DNA of 64,000 bases from the NCBI GenBank assembly GCA_013265495.1, contig MU058456.1:620001-684000 (forward strand), in the 5' to 3' direction. Position numbers and translations under genes: made by a program. Below the pieces are notes generated by a model. That model ran no database searches. It was not told the DNA's origin and was given only the letters and a program-made list of their open reading frames with translations. The DNA is from Vicugna vicugna. Taxonomy: Eukaryota. Positions 12,849-25,569 of the stretch are shown here, in pieces (positions within the stretch are counted from its first letter, which is position 1; each line of letters begins with the position of its first letter).

Positions 12849-13017
12849 GGGTTCAGCTTAGACTGACCGCCCTTATTGAAGCATCTGCTGGGAAATGCTC
12901 ATGAGAACTCTTTCGCATTTCTAAGTTTTTAAAGAAGTCTAATTCCTGATACAGATTATTTGTGGAAAGTTATGCTCAATATGTAGTTATTGACCACTTA
13001 GCACCTTCTTGCGGGGA

Positions 13018-13077
13018 GATTTTCCTATTAGATTTCCTATTAGATTAAGATTCCTCTTAAGATTTTCCTATTAAATT
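13018..13077. repeat. Degenerate tandem repeat (about 12-nt unit, TTTCCTATTAGA)
   Basis: gattttcctattagatttcctattagattaagattcctcttaagattttcctattaaatt. Confidence 0.6.
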
Positions 13078-13124
13078 GCAAAAACCATTTTTGTCTTCAT
13101 TGTATTTTCACAAATATTGATAGC

Positions 13125-13237
13125 AAAACTATTGGGGGACATGTTGACAATTGGTGGCTCAAGGTGAAGAGTGTAAGTGTTGTATCCTTTCAACTTTTCT
13201 GCAGGCTTGAGAAAATTCAAAGTAAAACATTGGAGAG
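13125..13237 (+). mobile_element. L1MC-type 3' end fragment
   Basis: tatcctttcaacttttctgcaggcttgagaaaattcaaagtaaaacattgg. Confidence 0.5.
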
Positions 13238-13269
13238 TGAAAATGGATGGGCGTGTTTCCTCTTCCCTT

Positions 13270-13390
13270 AGGGAAACTAAGGCAAATTAAAGGAAGTGCT
13301 TTATTAAATGACTTTCCCAAGGACAACCAAGAGTTAAGCGGGAGGACCTGGGGCGGATTCCAGTGGCTCAGCTGCCATCCTAGTGCTTTG
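13270..13390 (-). mobile_element. MIR fragment
   Basis: ggaaactaaggc..ttaaatgactttcccaaggacaaccaagagttaag. Confidence 0.55.
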
Positions 13391-14496
13391 GAGGCCACAT
13401 CTTCCCCCTCCAGGAAAGAAAGATGCAGGAAGGAGTTTCCTCCAGGCTGCTTCTGAACAAAATGTCTGAGCAACACTGCTGTGTATTTCCACTTAGAAAT
13501 GACCTGAATGGGCAAAGCTGGAGACAGGGACTTATGAGCTTCATAAAGGTGCTAATTGAATGGCATCAGGCAGATAGTTCACCCACTGAGAAGAAATGGG
13601 TGATTCTACTTCTGAACCTCAGATTTTCATTTCTGACAGCTTTAACCTGAAAAAAGATTCCATGATAAGCAGTATTTAGTAGGGAAGGAAGGAATGTTAG
13701 GTAGAAACCTGATAGAAGGGGAGACAAAATTAGTTGCAAGGTGTAATCTTCCCTTGTTTTCAGAATGGAGTGTTGAAGGGCATTGTGAGAGTAGACTTGG
13801 AGAAGGTCTTCACCCTCTTTGTCCAGCCCATGAAGTTTAGGAGAGAGATGTTGAAAACTCCCCGTGCTCTGCCTGAGCCCGGGCCCTTGTGGATTAAGAG
13901 GAGAGGTGGGTCCCCAGGGGGAGCTGTGCAGGAATAGACTGTGGCCTTTGCCTCATTCCTTTCCGCATCTCAGAGCTCTCTCCTTTGGGAACTTCAGGTA
14001 AGGAGGGTCTCCAGAGACTTTGCAGAGTTTTATGTTGTTACCTGACCTAATAACTATGAAGTCAGAATATTGATTCACACCCATTGACGGTTACGCGTTA
14101 GCAAAAAACTGAGAATCTTCGTTTACTCTATGTGGCCCGTGCTGGGTGAGCTCCAGGTGGATCATCAGCTTGGGAGGAGGGCGATCACTTTCATCCTGGT
14201 CTCAAGCAGCCGCCGTCCTCTAGTGGGTCTTTCATGACCTTTGGACCTTAGGTTGCCTCGCATGTGGCACATCCAGCATGACGAGCATCCGTGGGTAGAT
14301 GAGAAGCCAGTACTCCCACCGGGATCATTCAAAACATCACCACCCGGAGCACCCTTGATGGGACAGACTCTGTGTTTTTTGTTAGATCATTTTCCTTTGA
14401 AAAATATTTCCACTTTTCTTCAGTATTAACTCAGAATCAAGAGTTTTAAAAACTGGAAGAAGGGAACAAGATGAAGTGCAGGTGCTAATGGTGTTT

Positions 14497-14515
14497 TGTC
14501 CAGTAGGTGGCGCCT
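14497..14515 (+). promoter_or_regulatory. CTCF binding motif (strong)
   Basis: TGTCCAGTAGGTGGCGCCT matches the CCASYAGRKGGCRS core. Confidence 0.7.
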
Positions 14516-15942
14516 CAGCAAATCTCATTTGCAGCTGATAGAAGTAAATACATTGAAGATTTTTAGAAAGATGTTTCCATAATGCATGTGAGAGAAAGGT
14601 ATGCCCCTTGTGCAGGGTGGTTCATGAGGTCAGTTAGGGGGAAAAAAAAAAGAACATCTGGACTATATAAAACTAATTCTCTCATTGTAAGAAAACTGTC
14701 AAGAAGAGCTTCAAAAAAGTTAATGTCTGGTTAAAATTAAAATGTTTTATCTTGTCATACGGAGATTTTTTCCACAACATTTGGGCTGCAGATTACTGCT
14801 ACAAGTAAGAGTATGCTGTTAATCTTGACAGCATTTTGAGTTTTAGAGAATAACGTATGGTGGATGTTTTGGTATCTTAAGTTTGTATAATTTAAATTAT
14901 GCTCAGAAAATGTTGAATACTTGAGCTAGAGAAATTCCTTCCAGTAACTTAAAAAAATTTTAGTGCAACTTCTTAGATGTAACTTATTCTTGAAGGAGTA
15001 GATTTCCTGTTACTGGAATGCATTGTTAGAAATTGTTAATGCACTTGCAGTTAAACACCATGCTCCATCAGCGACTCCACATGAAGAACGTGTTATGGTT
15101 TTTGTACTCAAAGATGGTTAAAGATGTTTATTTGGCAGCATACAAAGGAAACAACATTTTCACTTCCTAATTACAAGTGTCCCCTCTAGAAACTGAGTAG
15201 TGAAATTGATACCATATTTCTAAAGCATGCATTTCAGAAGGCAAATAAGGATTTTTAAAAATGCTGCTTTTCCAATAGATACTAGAATTTCATGATCTAT
15301 TTTTTCCTAATGAAGTCTGTATCTTCCCTGATGGCTTAAGGGAAGGATCTCTGTGTATTGTTTTACCAAACAGAATCCGATTTAATCTACTAACATTTTC
15401 TGTAGATAAAACAGTCAGGATACATACATCCTATTGTTTTTAGTTTTCTTTAGAGGACAGTTAAAGAACACAATTAACAGGCTCCTCACAAGTGTCTTTT
15501 CCTCCTGTCTTGGAGGAGAGTGGTGACAGGCATTCAAGGTTGTCAGGTGAGGTATGAAGTCATCACCAGAGTGCTGGTGGCATTGGAGAAACTTCAAGAA
15601 GGAAAAGATGAAGGATCCTGTTTGCTTTTAATAATTGAGTCATTATGATGTGTTTAGTAAGACCAAGACAGATTGGACTTGGCAGTTCACTGAACTTCAA
15701 TTTTAAAGGAAGATTGTACAAAAAGTGCCCTGTCTTTACATGGAAATACTAGTCTTTGGTGAGAAGAGATCAAAGTCATATTCTTTTCTGGCTACAAGAA
15801 TCAATCCTTCCTTCACCCTTGATATTTCCCATTACCCCTCTCCCTTTTCTCAAGTTGTAAAATCACTTACAGGGGAGATTACAGGAGCCCAGTGGTGAAG
15901 GTCTCCACTACTACCCACTTAGCAGTGCTCTGCCCTTTTGTC

Positions 15943-16118
15943 CAGGGATTACCAAACCTGTCTGCACAGTGGCATCACCTGGGGAACTTCGGAAACGGTT
16001 GATGCCTGCCCCTCACCCCAAGCTTGAGATTGAATCAGTCTGAGTGTGGCTTTAGTTTAGGGAAATTATAAAAAGTCCTCCAGTGCATCTGATGTGCAGA
16101 TACATTTGGGAACCAGCG
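15943..16118. mobile_element. MER5A-type hAT-Charlie MITE
   Basis: cagggattaccaaacctgtctgcacagtggcatcacctggggaactt..gatgcctg..tctgatgtgcag..tttgggaaccagcg. Confidence 0.7.
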
Positions 16119-17238
16119 TTTACCTCCTCTCCTCTTATTCTCCACCCACCCTCCGAGTTTGCCCTCACTGCGTACTTACCTTTAGCACCTTGAGTGTATG
16201 TCCTTGTGACTCCTCTGATCTCCCTGTATTTTGTTTTTGCCATGTGTCTTGGGATCCCATGACTGTTCTGGTGGGACATTTTCCTTTTTCTATTTTCATC
16301 ATCATCCATCTTAATGCCTAACTCATAGCAGGCACTTAGTGATTGGTTTTTGAATCAAAAAAGCACATACATGTATCGTAATACAACGATTTAAACATGT
16401 TGATTCATGCACTTCTGACTCAGGATGCTTTCACTGCCCAGGTGGATATTTCTCCTTTACTTGAAGAGGCTAGATTTCCCTAATCTTTTGTCTTTTCTTA
16501 AAGCGATATAAGTATATAAAATTAAAGAGGAATGTGCTTTCTCGTGTGGTATTACCTTGTGTTGCAAAAGCCAGCTTTAGATAAGGGGACAAAGGAGGAC
16601 TAAGCCTGTGTTCAGTAAAGCTTGAAGAAGGTGAGGACAGAGTGTTGACGAATTCTAGCGAAATTATTCCCTACTGCCTGCCTTCTCAAAGAATATTAAT
16701 TTATCTAATTGATGATAATCTGGTCAGTTTATTGTAGCATTAAAAATGCAAATCAGTTGTCCTGCCAAAATATTCACTGACATGCCTGAGACTTTAAAAT
16801 TTTTATTTTACTCTGTTAGGTGATAATGGGAGGCATAATTGTTAATACTTGATTCTGGCAAAATACAATTAGTTTCTGTGAAACACATTGCGCATTAATG
16901 CTATCATTAAGATGAATGAATATAAATGAATGAGCTGGGGATTTCAAATAGAACACAGTGACTTTATATCAGTCTGTGAAACTCGAGATTGATTTCCTTG
17001 ATTTTGAAGGAGAAGGTGCCAGAGCCCTGGCTGCATTTTTATACAGACTAGAGAGAAATTAAATCAGTCACCAGGAGGATCAAAGTTTTAAAGTATTTTT
17101 TAGGAAGACAGTTATATATTGATTTCAGTCTGTGAAAGCCACCTGTTAGTTTTGCTTCAAGAACTATTTTCAAAACCACTTTTAATAGAAATTTCCTGTG
17201 TGTGTAAGTGTGCATATATATCTTAGTGTTTAAAAAAT

Positions 17239-17371
17239 GGGGGGGGTGTATAGCTCAGTGGTAGACTGGGTGCTTAGCATGCACAAGGTCCTGGGTTCAA
17301 TCCCCAGTATCTTCATTAAAATGAATAAACCTAATTACCTCCCTCCCCCAAAAGAAATAAATAAATGAAAA
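17239..17371 (+). mobile_element. Camelid tRNA-Ala-derived SINE (Vic-1 type)
   Basis: GGGGGGGGTGTATAGCTCAGTGGTAGA..TGCTTAGCATGCACAAGGTCCTGGGTTCAATCCCCAGTATCTTCA plus a tail related to the copy at 3678. Confidence 0.9.
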
Positions 17372-18024
17372 TTATTTTTTAATGTGGGGTAATAAATCAT
17401 TATTCAGTAAATTAGCAATGATGTTGTAGTGTTGTCTCTTCCAGATGTTCTGCCATAGACACCTATTATATTGATCATTTAAAAATATTATTAAGAAAGC
17501 TAGACAAGTTTGCATTTTCCTTGAACCAAGAGACGGAGGAAGGAAAAGCTGAGAGAGGCTGCTCATCAAGGTCTTAGACGAGAGTCATGGACTAAATGCA
17601 TAATATGACCCCAAGAATCATGGTATTTTAAGTACTGATGCATGACTTTATGTTCTTGTAGTGTAGAGAGAAACTTTGCTGCTACAAAAAAAAACAAAAA
17701 ACATGTTTATGGTCTGTGTGCTTGTAATGGAAGCACTGTTTTCAGCATCCTCTTACTGAACTGGATAGAGAGAAGTACTGTATCATCAGGTGCTTAATGT
17801 GACTTCTCCATAAGTTTGTAACCTTAGTCTGACCTTCACTTAATGCTTCTGATTCCCCCTCAGTGCATGTGCATGTGTGGAAACACACAGATTTGGTTTT
17901 TTTTATTTCTGTGTCTATGTGAAATCTTCACAGGGCAGCCCTTGCCCTTGACTTAAGGTGAAGGAGGAAGGGGAGGGATTTTGGAACATGGCTACCCTGT
18001 CGGGGCTGAGATCCATCCTGAGAA

Positions 18025-18190
18025 GCCTGAATTCTTTTGTTTGCTCTGCCTTTTTACTGTGCCCATGACCTTGGGCTCTTCTTTTAACCTCACTTTCCTC
18101 GTTCGTAAATTAGACTGGTCTCTTCCCTTTGTACATTGAAAGAAATTGATGAGGATTAATGAGGTAGAATCTGGAGCACATTTTGTGTTT
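18025..18190 (+). mobile_element. MIR fragment
   Basis: atgaccttgggc..ttaacctcactttcctcgttcgtaaat..gatgaggattaatgag. Confidence 0.55.
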
Positions 18191-20859
18191 CTCTGAAGAG
18201 TACGTTTAAGGGAAGCTAGAAGACAGAGTTAACATCGGAGAGAAGCAGGACACACATGTGAGATGACAGAGTCCCAAGGAGTACTTACTCTCCATCAGCT
18301 GAACATGAGTTGCAGACACAGCCCCATTTCTAGTCACTTCTGAATTGATGGCACGTTAGTGCAGGATGATGGGAAGGCAGGCAAACCAGATGTGGGGAGC
18401 AGTGGAATGGCCAATAGGATTTGGGGGTGGGGGGACATCTGACTGCCAAATGCTTGCCTGGGAGAAGTCGACTTATTTTTAAAACCATTTTTACATATAC
18501 CTCTAAGACCTTTTTGGCTCCTCAGTATTTGCAAAAGAGTGACTCGAGGTGCTTGCTCTGCGTACATAATGCAAACAAGATCTTAATGAGGTTCCCAGCA
18601 AAACTTCAGAATTAATCTAACCTGATGCCTCATGGTAGAATAAGGCTCTGGATGTGATCATCAAGTGTAAAACAGTCAGCTTGCACAAGCTTCTTTGGAT
18701 CTCGATCACAGTGCTTGTTGATGCAAACACACGGATGTGGAGAGAATGCTTGATTACTTCATGCGTGGAATCCCATCCGAATTTTATTTAGCATGCTGTC
18801 TTGGGTCAGTCAGCTTTCCAATTCTGAGATGACTAGCTTGGTTTTCCTCCTTAGAAGATTTTCTAAATCTTTTCCCTGTTTGTGTGTACTTTTTTTTTGG
18901 AGAAGTTCAGCTAGGTAACAGCATATTTAACCTAGAATTTAGCTCTTGTAACTGTAGGATTTTAAAAAAAAGTTTAATATATATGTAGCCTGGAAGTGCT
19001 TTTATAATCTCTGATTTAGTAGCTGTACTCAGAATACAGACAAGAGAGTTCAAACTCTGAAAATATTCTTCCTCTTTTGTCTCTAGGTATATCTCATCAC
19101 TTTATGAATAACTTTAGGAATATCTCTCCGTTTCAGAAGTTCATAAAATAAGTAGTTGATGCCAGGAGTATTATCACGCATATAAACATATTGACGTCCT
19201 GATGTCTGAAGCTCATACAGTTGATAAGCCTCCTGTGCTGGCAATATGGCCTGTGTCACTTCACTCATCTACTCCCATCTCCATTTATATATTAATGTAA
19301 AATATGGGGGTTTGCTAAACATTAGTCCATGGTCCCACTGTTAGCTGTGTATCACTTAGAGATGAAGGGACATAATTGAAAAAAAAAATATTGGAGCTAT
19401 TTCCCATTGTCAGATCTTCATAAATGCTCTTGATGAAAAAAATGAAGTTGTATTACCCAGTTCTATTAGAAATGCTAGATTTTGTTGGATCCGTGTGTTT
19501 GCAAAGTAGGGAATATTCTCCTGCTGTGATTGATGTTAAGGCATTTATGAGGATAGTCTGCTATATTTCATATGTATATGAGGGTGTCATTGTTAAAATG
19601 TTCAAAAGAAAATTATGTATGTGATTTATATTTTATTATTTCCTCCTCGGATGTAATTTTTTCCATACCATGATTCCTGTCATATTGTCAGTAGTGATTT
19701 GATGGCTAATATGCCAGAAATAATTAGATTAAAAAAAAAGGTGATGCAAACATCAAGGCAGTATAGCTTTCTTGTGAAAAGCCTTACACGAAATCACACA
19801 TGTTATGTTGTAGGCATCACCGACAGTCTTCAGGATTACAGGCAGGATGCAAGCTGGAGCTGAGTGCTGGAAGCGTGGGATGCACGTATTTCACAGGCAT
19901 ATGCTTGATCCTGACCCTACCTGTGGTTTGTGCTAAATGAAACGTGTTTTAGAAAATGCAGCTCTTCGGATGAATTCAGACTTCGGTGTATTGTCAGTGG
20001 GAAGAGGTTAGATCCTTTCTTTTCTTTTGAGTGGGAAATTTCCTCCTTTCCCTGGAAGCCATTCTGCCCTTTGTTTTCGTCCCCTTGACAGGTTTAAAAT
20101 TTTTCTCTTTGAGGAGAAAAAGAACTACAGTACTAACTGCTGGGGTTTTTTTTTTTTTTAACCTCTGTTGACCTTTGAGATGAGAACTTGATTGTAAAAT
20201 CTGAAATGACGATTTTAAAATATAGGACAAGGTAATTTGTGGTTTCAGTGTCTGTTCCTAAGTGCCGTGTTTCCTGGGACTTTCAGTAGAATGGAGCCTG
20301 TTTCTGGTGTCTCTTTGCTTTTGAGCATCGATGACACTCGTGCTCAGTATCTGGCTCACTCATAGGTTACTTTAACAGACAATAAATGTTTCTAAAGATT
20401 AGACTAATACTGTAACATTACCGTGTTAGACAGGAATGGAGATGAGTGTGGACGGTAGCCAGGTATTGAATCTGCTCCCAGCGTTACCCTGAAGTCTGCA
20501 GCGTGTGTTTCCCCAGCGTCTGAGCGCTGCTTTCCCACGTAGGGGAGTGGTAATGAGGAGGGACTGCTGGGAAGCTCAGCTCCATCCTCAGCCTCTCCGT
20601 GTCTTGTCAGGGCAAAGGAGGCGTGAAGCCAGGCAGGTAGCTGAGTGGCCTGTGAAACAGATGCTCAGGGAGATGATGGTAGCGTGGAGGAGGAAGGGGA
20701 GTTTGGATTCAAGGCTGAGGGGTCAGTAGGAAAGGGACCAGGTGTCCAGATTGAGGGGCATGGACTGCCCCTACCTTGAGGAAACTGGCTGGGACCAGTT
20801 TCCCAAATTTCCCAGCAGGTGGCCTCCTCCTCTTCCCAGCTTCTTGCTGCTAAGCCGAG

Positions 20860-20970
20860 AGTAATACCTTCATTTTACAGAAACTGAAGTAAAGGGAAGT
20901 GAAGGGACTTTCCCCAAGCTGCCTGACATCTTGTTGCTAGAGCCTGACCAGGCACTGGCACTCAGGCCAG
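20860..20970 (-). mobile_element. MIR fragment
   Basis: cattttacagaaactgaag..gaagtgaagggactttccccaag. Confidence 0.55.
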
Positions 20971-21636
20971 GGAACTTTTTTCCAAGGATAGTGGAGAGTC
21001 ATGACTTCCAGAAAATGAAGGGAGAAGTCAGGTTGGGATTTCCCCTTTCTTTGTTCTTCTTAGCACCACTCAGAACAGCTTGCCCTGAGTCATTTCAACT
21101 GAAAGGAGAGAGGGATTTACGGAGTGCCTTCTATGGTAAGTTCCAGAAAACTGGAGAGTATCAGGCTACAGACTGAAGAGCTGTCAAAAGCCCACAGGTT
21201 AATGGGGATGTGTATCATGCAGGCACCATAGCCGAAAGGAAGCCTTGGTTTTGTGGAACTCACTTGATTGTAAGTGAATATGTGTTATATTTAGAATCGT
21301 GGAATTTTGAAGCCAGAAGGGTGAAGAGTTGTTCAAACTGAGTGGAGCCTCTAGAGGCCCGGAGACGTTTAAGAAGTAGAGGTCACACCCCACGCCTTCC
21401 CTGCCGCTCTCTTCCTCCACCCTGGTCCTGCCCTAAAGCAGTGAGACCCTGCCTCTTTTGTCCTTTAGAGACACGGGGCCCATGGAATCGAGGATTCCAA
21501 GTGTTCTTTCTGGTTGCTCTGATCACGACAGCTTAGAATGTGGTGGTAATTTCCCTTTGGAGCCACAAAATCTGACACCTTTCACATGTTCATTTCACCT
21601 TGAAAGCACTTTTTCCTTCTTTGTTTAAACACTAAG

Positions 21637-21888
21637 CAGCAGTAGAGTGGTTAGGAACCCAAACTCAGAGTCAGCCTGTCAGAGTTGGTATCCCAGTTCT
21701 GCCCTTCCTTGGCTGTGCAATCTTAGGAAGTTACTTAACCTCTCTGATGTCAGTTTCTTTGTATAATGGTGATGATAACACACTTAACTCATAGGGCTGT
21801 TGCAAAAACTAAATGAGATGACTTGTGGAAAGTACTTAGAGTAGTGGTGGGCACATGCTGTGTGGTCCATACATGTTGGCTAGTATTT
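21637..21888 (+). mobile_element. MIR SINE, full length
   Basis: gtagagtggttaggaac..atcccagttctgcc..ggaagttacttaacctctctg..ctcatagggctgttg..aaatgagatga..aaagtacttagag..ggcacat. Confidence 0.85.
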
Positions 21889-24800
21889 GGAAGTAAAATA
21901 TGGAGGAAAATGAAGTGCTAAATTAAGAAAGATTTTAAATATGAACACTAAAATGTATATTTTGAATCGATCTCATAGCTGCTTTGGACATTGGCATTCA
22001 ATGGTCTCTTTACCCCTTAAATTAACATAGGAATGATTATATTCACAATAATGGATAAATTATATACATTCTCATGAATGATGTTTCTCATTTGTAACTT
22101 TTTATGACCTTTATATTGCATTTTTAAAATACAGCAGACTCATTGGCTATTGGCATTTATCTTATAAGTGAAAAAAATTGTCAGTGAATGAATGGAGGGG
22201 CTTACCCACTTGGCCATATTGGTTTACCTGGTGAATGAACAGAGGCATACAAACCCTTCGTCTGTTGTCCAAAAGTAACAGAGAGAATATGGTGGTTAAT
22301 GCATTTTGTGGTTGTTTGTCTACCTTGCTATGAAGCAGTGATTGCTTCCACACATGCACAAGAAAACATTAAGGGAAAATCCCACCACAGTTGTGGCGAT
22401 GGTACTAGAAATCCCATTCTGAGCACACTGAGAGCTCCATTGGGGTGAAGGATAGGGTCCCAGACTGGTTCTCTGACTCTCCTCCCTCGGGCTGGTGTGG
22501 AGGGAGGAACCTTCTCTTCCACCAGGAAATGGCCCTCTCAGTCCCTGCACACATCACCTCTCTTGGCTTCTGGATAGGTGGTCCGGGAGCCAAAGGCTGA
22601 CAGCTGTTGGGAGGGCGTGGATCAGGCCAGTGGAGTGACTGGGTAAGGTTAAGTTTGCCAATATCCCCCATCTTTGGTTTTTAAAAATTCCTCACCCTGT
22701 TCCTCACAGCAGTTCCTCCATGCACATTCAGTTACTGAAGAATAAAACCAGAAGGTGCATTTAATTTGGAGTAACCAGTGTGGATCTACTGAAGAGAAGG
22801 AACTTGTTTTTAAATTTGTGAGAAATCTGGGACTGTGTAAATCAGGGGACAAACCTGCATCCCAGTACCAGGTGGCATTACCATGGACATCAATGATCAC
22901 AAAATCTCAGTATATCCCTTTGTGAAAATATGGACAACCAAACGCTTCCCACCCCTCCCCAGATTTTTCTCAATTGGGATTTGGTCTTGTTTTTGTTTCT
23001 GTGGGTCATTTATTGTAATAATTAATAAACTTAATTTTGGCCCTTATTACAGTATCCACAGATTTTGAATATTCTATGAAGCGAATTATGCCTATGGTAC
23101 AGCATGTAGGAGGTGTTTCCATACAAATAACTTTTTTAAAAACCAAGTATCATGAGGCCCCTCGCTTCAGATGATAACTGATGACAAAGTCGACCCGATT
23201 TTATTTGAATACATGTGGAAAAGCAGAACACATTGAGGCTGGTGCTTTGTGAACTAACTCAAAATATTGTGAACATATTCTATGCAGGTATAAAATTGCA
23301 GAAAAAATGAGTTTATTAATGGAAATTAGACTAGCTCCTAATTATTACCTGTGAATAGTGTCATCATTTGAAGTTTTATTGCATTTTAACACATGGCTTA
23401 TCTTGATGAGAAAATACATAGCAAAGGGTAAATGTAGCAATTTTCCTTTTACTATTCCCTCTGCTGAGCCATTATTGCTTGATGTTATTTTTCAGCAGCC
23501 TTTCATTTTTGTCCCAAATGTTTTTGCCTCTGGCTGGCTTTATTTCTTTAACATGTATGCGTATCACTTCTCAAAGTGATACATTTTGACAGGTAATCGA
23601 TATTTTTTCATACTAGATTTGGTGGCGCAGGTCATAATCCTTATCTTAGACTTAGTTAATGGTTGAATAGTAACCTAGATTTTTATCTCAAAATATTCCT
23701 TTATTGAGAAACATAGTTTTCACTCTTAGCCAATTCCTTTTTATCACTCCTACCCGCCAAACAGGTCTAGCTGCCAAGTGCCTAGGATGCACGGATCCCT
23801 CTTATCTGGGATACACATTACCTGACTTTTGACAGTGTGTCCTCAAAATGTCTTCTGATAGCACTTCCCACCAGCTTACTTGATTGGTCACAGAAAAGAT
23901 ACTTCTGGGCTCTATGTTTTTTTTTTTCCCTCTCCCTCCTGGCATCCTATGATCTTTATTCAAGGGGGAAAAGTCTTTTCTCTTCCTTTTCTCTAGTGAG
24001 AACTTGATGTCTTCCATCAGACCCACATTTTGTAGAAGGATCAGTAAAGATCACAGTCCTCAGATCACAAGCATGTATGTATAAGGACACCGTGCTCAGC
24101 TTTTCCTTTAATAGATTAGCTTCTTGGGTCATGATTTTTTTTTTTTTTAGTTTTTGAGTCAGTTAGGACTTCCTTATGCCCCTGGGGGCAGATAACCATG
24201 ACATCCAGGTTGGTAAATATATTCTGACCTGCTGCCAAGGCACTTTGTCCAAGACGGCACTTCAGATTCAGGGAGCTGTTGATGCTCTTCTCTCAGGAGG
24301 GAGAACTGAGGGAGAAGGGCAACAACTGACATTCTTTTTGTTTTCATTGAAGAGAAAGGTCTTCCTTTTGCAGGGAAAGACTACAGTGCAGGTCGCCTGT
24401 CACGGATGAGGATCTGTTTCCTCCAGCTTTGCAGATTCCCCACAGATAGCAAGCCCCTCCCTCCCTTCCCCCCTTAGACTTTTTCTTTTCATTTATTTCC
24501 TTCCCTTTTTGTCCTTCAATTTAAACAAACAAACAGAAAAATGTAGTATAAAAAATTGTGCTGGAATTTTGGGCTACATTTCAGTTTGAGCGATGACCAG
24601 GTGTGTACTTGTGTGCTGTTGCTTTGCTTTTAGACATGGCATTACTCCCCCATGTAAGAGCAAGAACTAAAACCTCTTTGGGGTTTCCGCCTTGAAGTGG
24701 TGTCAAATGAGCACGCCTTGGTGGAAGAACACCCCGATACCCTTCTCCAAGGATGCTTCTGCGAGGGCTGGCATTTCCTGACATGGTTCTCTTTGTATGT

Positions 24801-25569
24801 CTGGAGATGTATGCAAAGACTATTCTGGAACATAAAATGCGATCAATTTTCCTCAGTGGTTAGATTCATAAATCCCTGAGCTATGTTTAATGACATAGTC
24901 TAATCAATTGATAGCAAGCCTAATAGTGTGCTGACAGCCAGAGAGAGACAGAGAGCTAGTGTAAGAGCAGGTAAATGAGTGAGGGACCACTCATCACTTC
25001 CTTGCCCACCCCCACGTTCAGAAATCACTAGATACCTGGATTAGACAAAAACCAGAAATTACTGATTTTTTAAAAAAAAATTATGCCTGCCTTCCTGACT
25101 TTCTTTCAAGAAAAAGACTCTAAGGGATATAGTGAAGGAGGAGGTGGTTCCGAGACAAACTACAGATGGTCCTAGTATTTGCCACTCAGGATCCTACTAT
25201 TTTCTGAATTTAAATACCTTTAGACGAGAAATCAAGGGGGAATAATTTTCTATAGATTGGTGGTATCGTATATTGTTACTCCTGTGCCAGGCCAGTAATG
25301 AAAACTTAATATTCATCTCTTGGTTGCTTTGAATTGAAATAAGATGAGGATGAGCAGAGTAAACAGGCTGAAACAGACTGTGAAATTGCACATGATGGGA
25401 ATCTTTTTTTTTTTTTAGCTGCTGATAGATTAGAAATAGGTTAATATTCCAACTAATGATGGCTCTTAGAATTTCTTCTCCCTTTTTCCATTTTGGTCTG
25501 GTATCATCAGAACTAAGTTACTGTCACGAGGGAAATTAAAATCTGAAATGTTGTATCTCTGGGCTAGGA

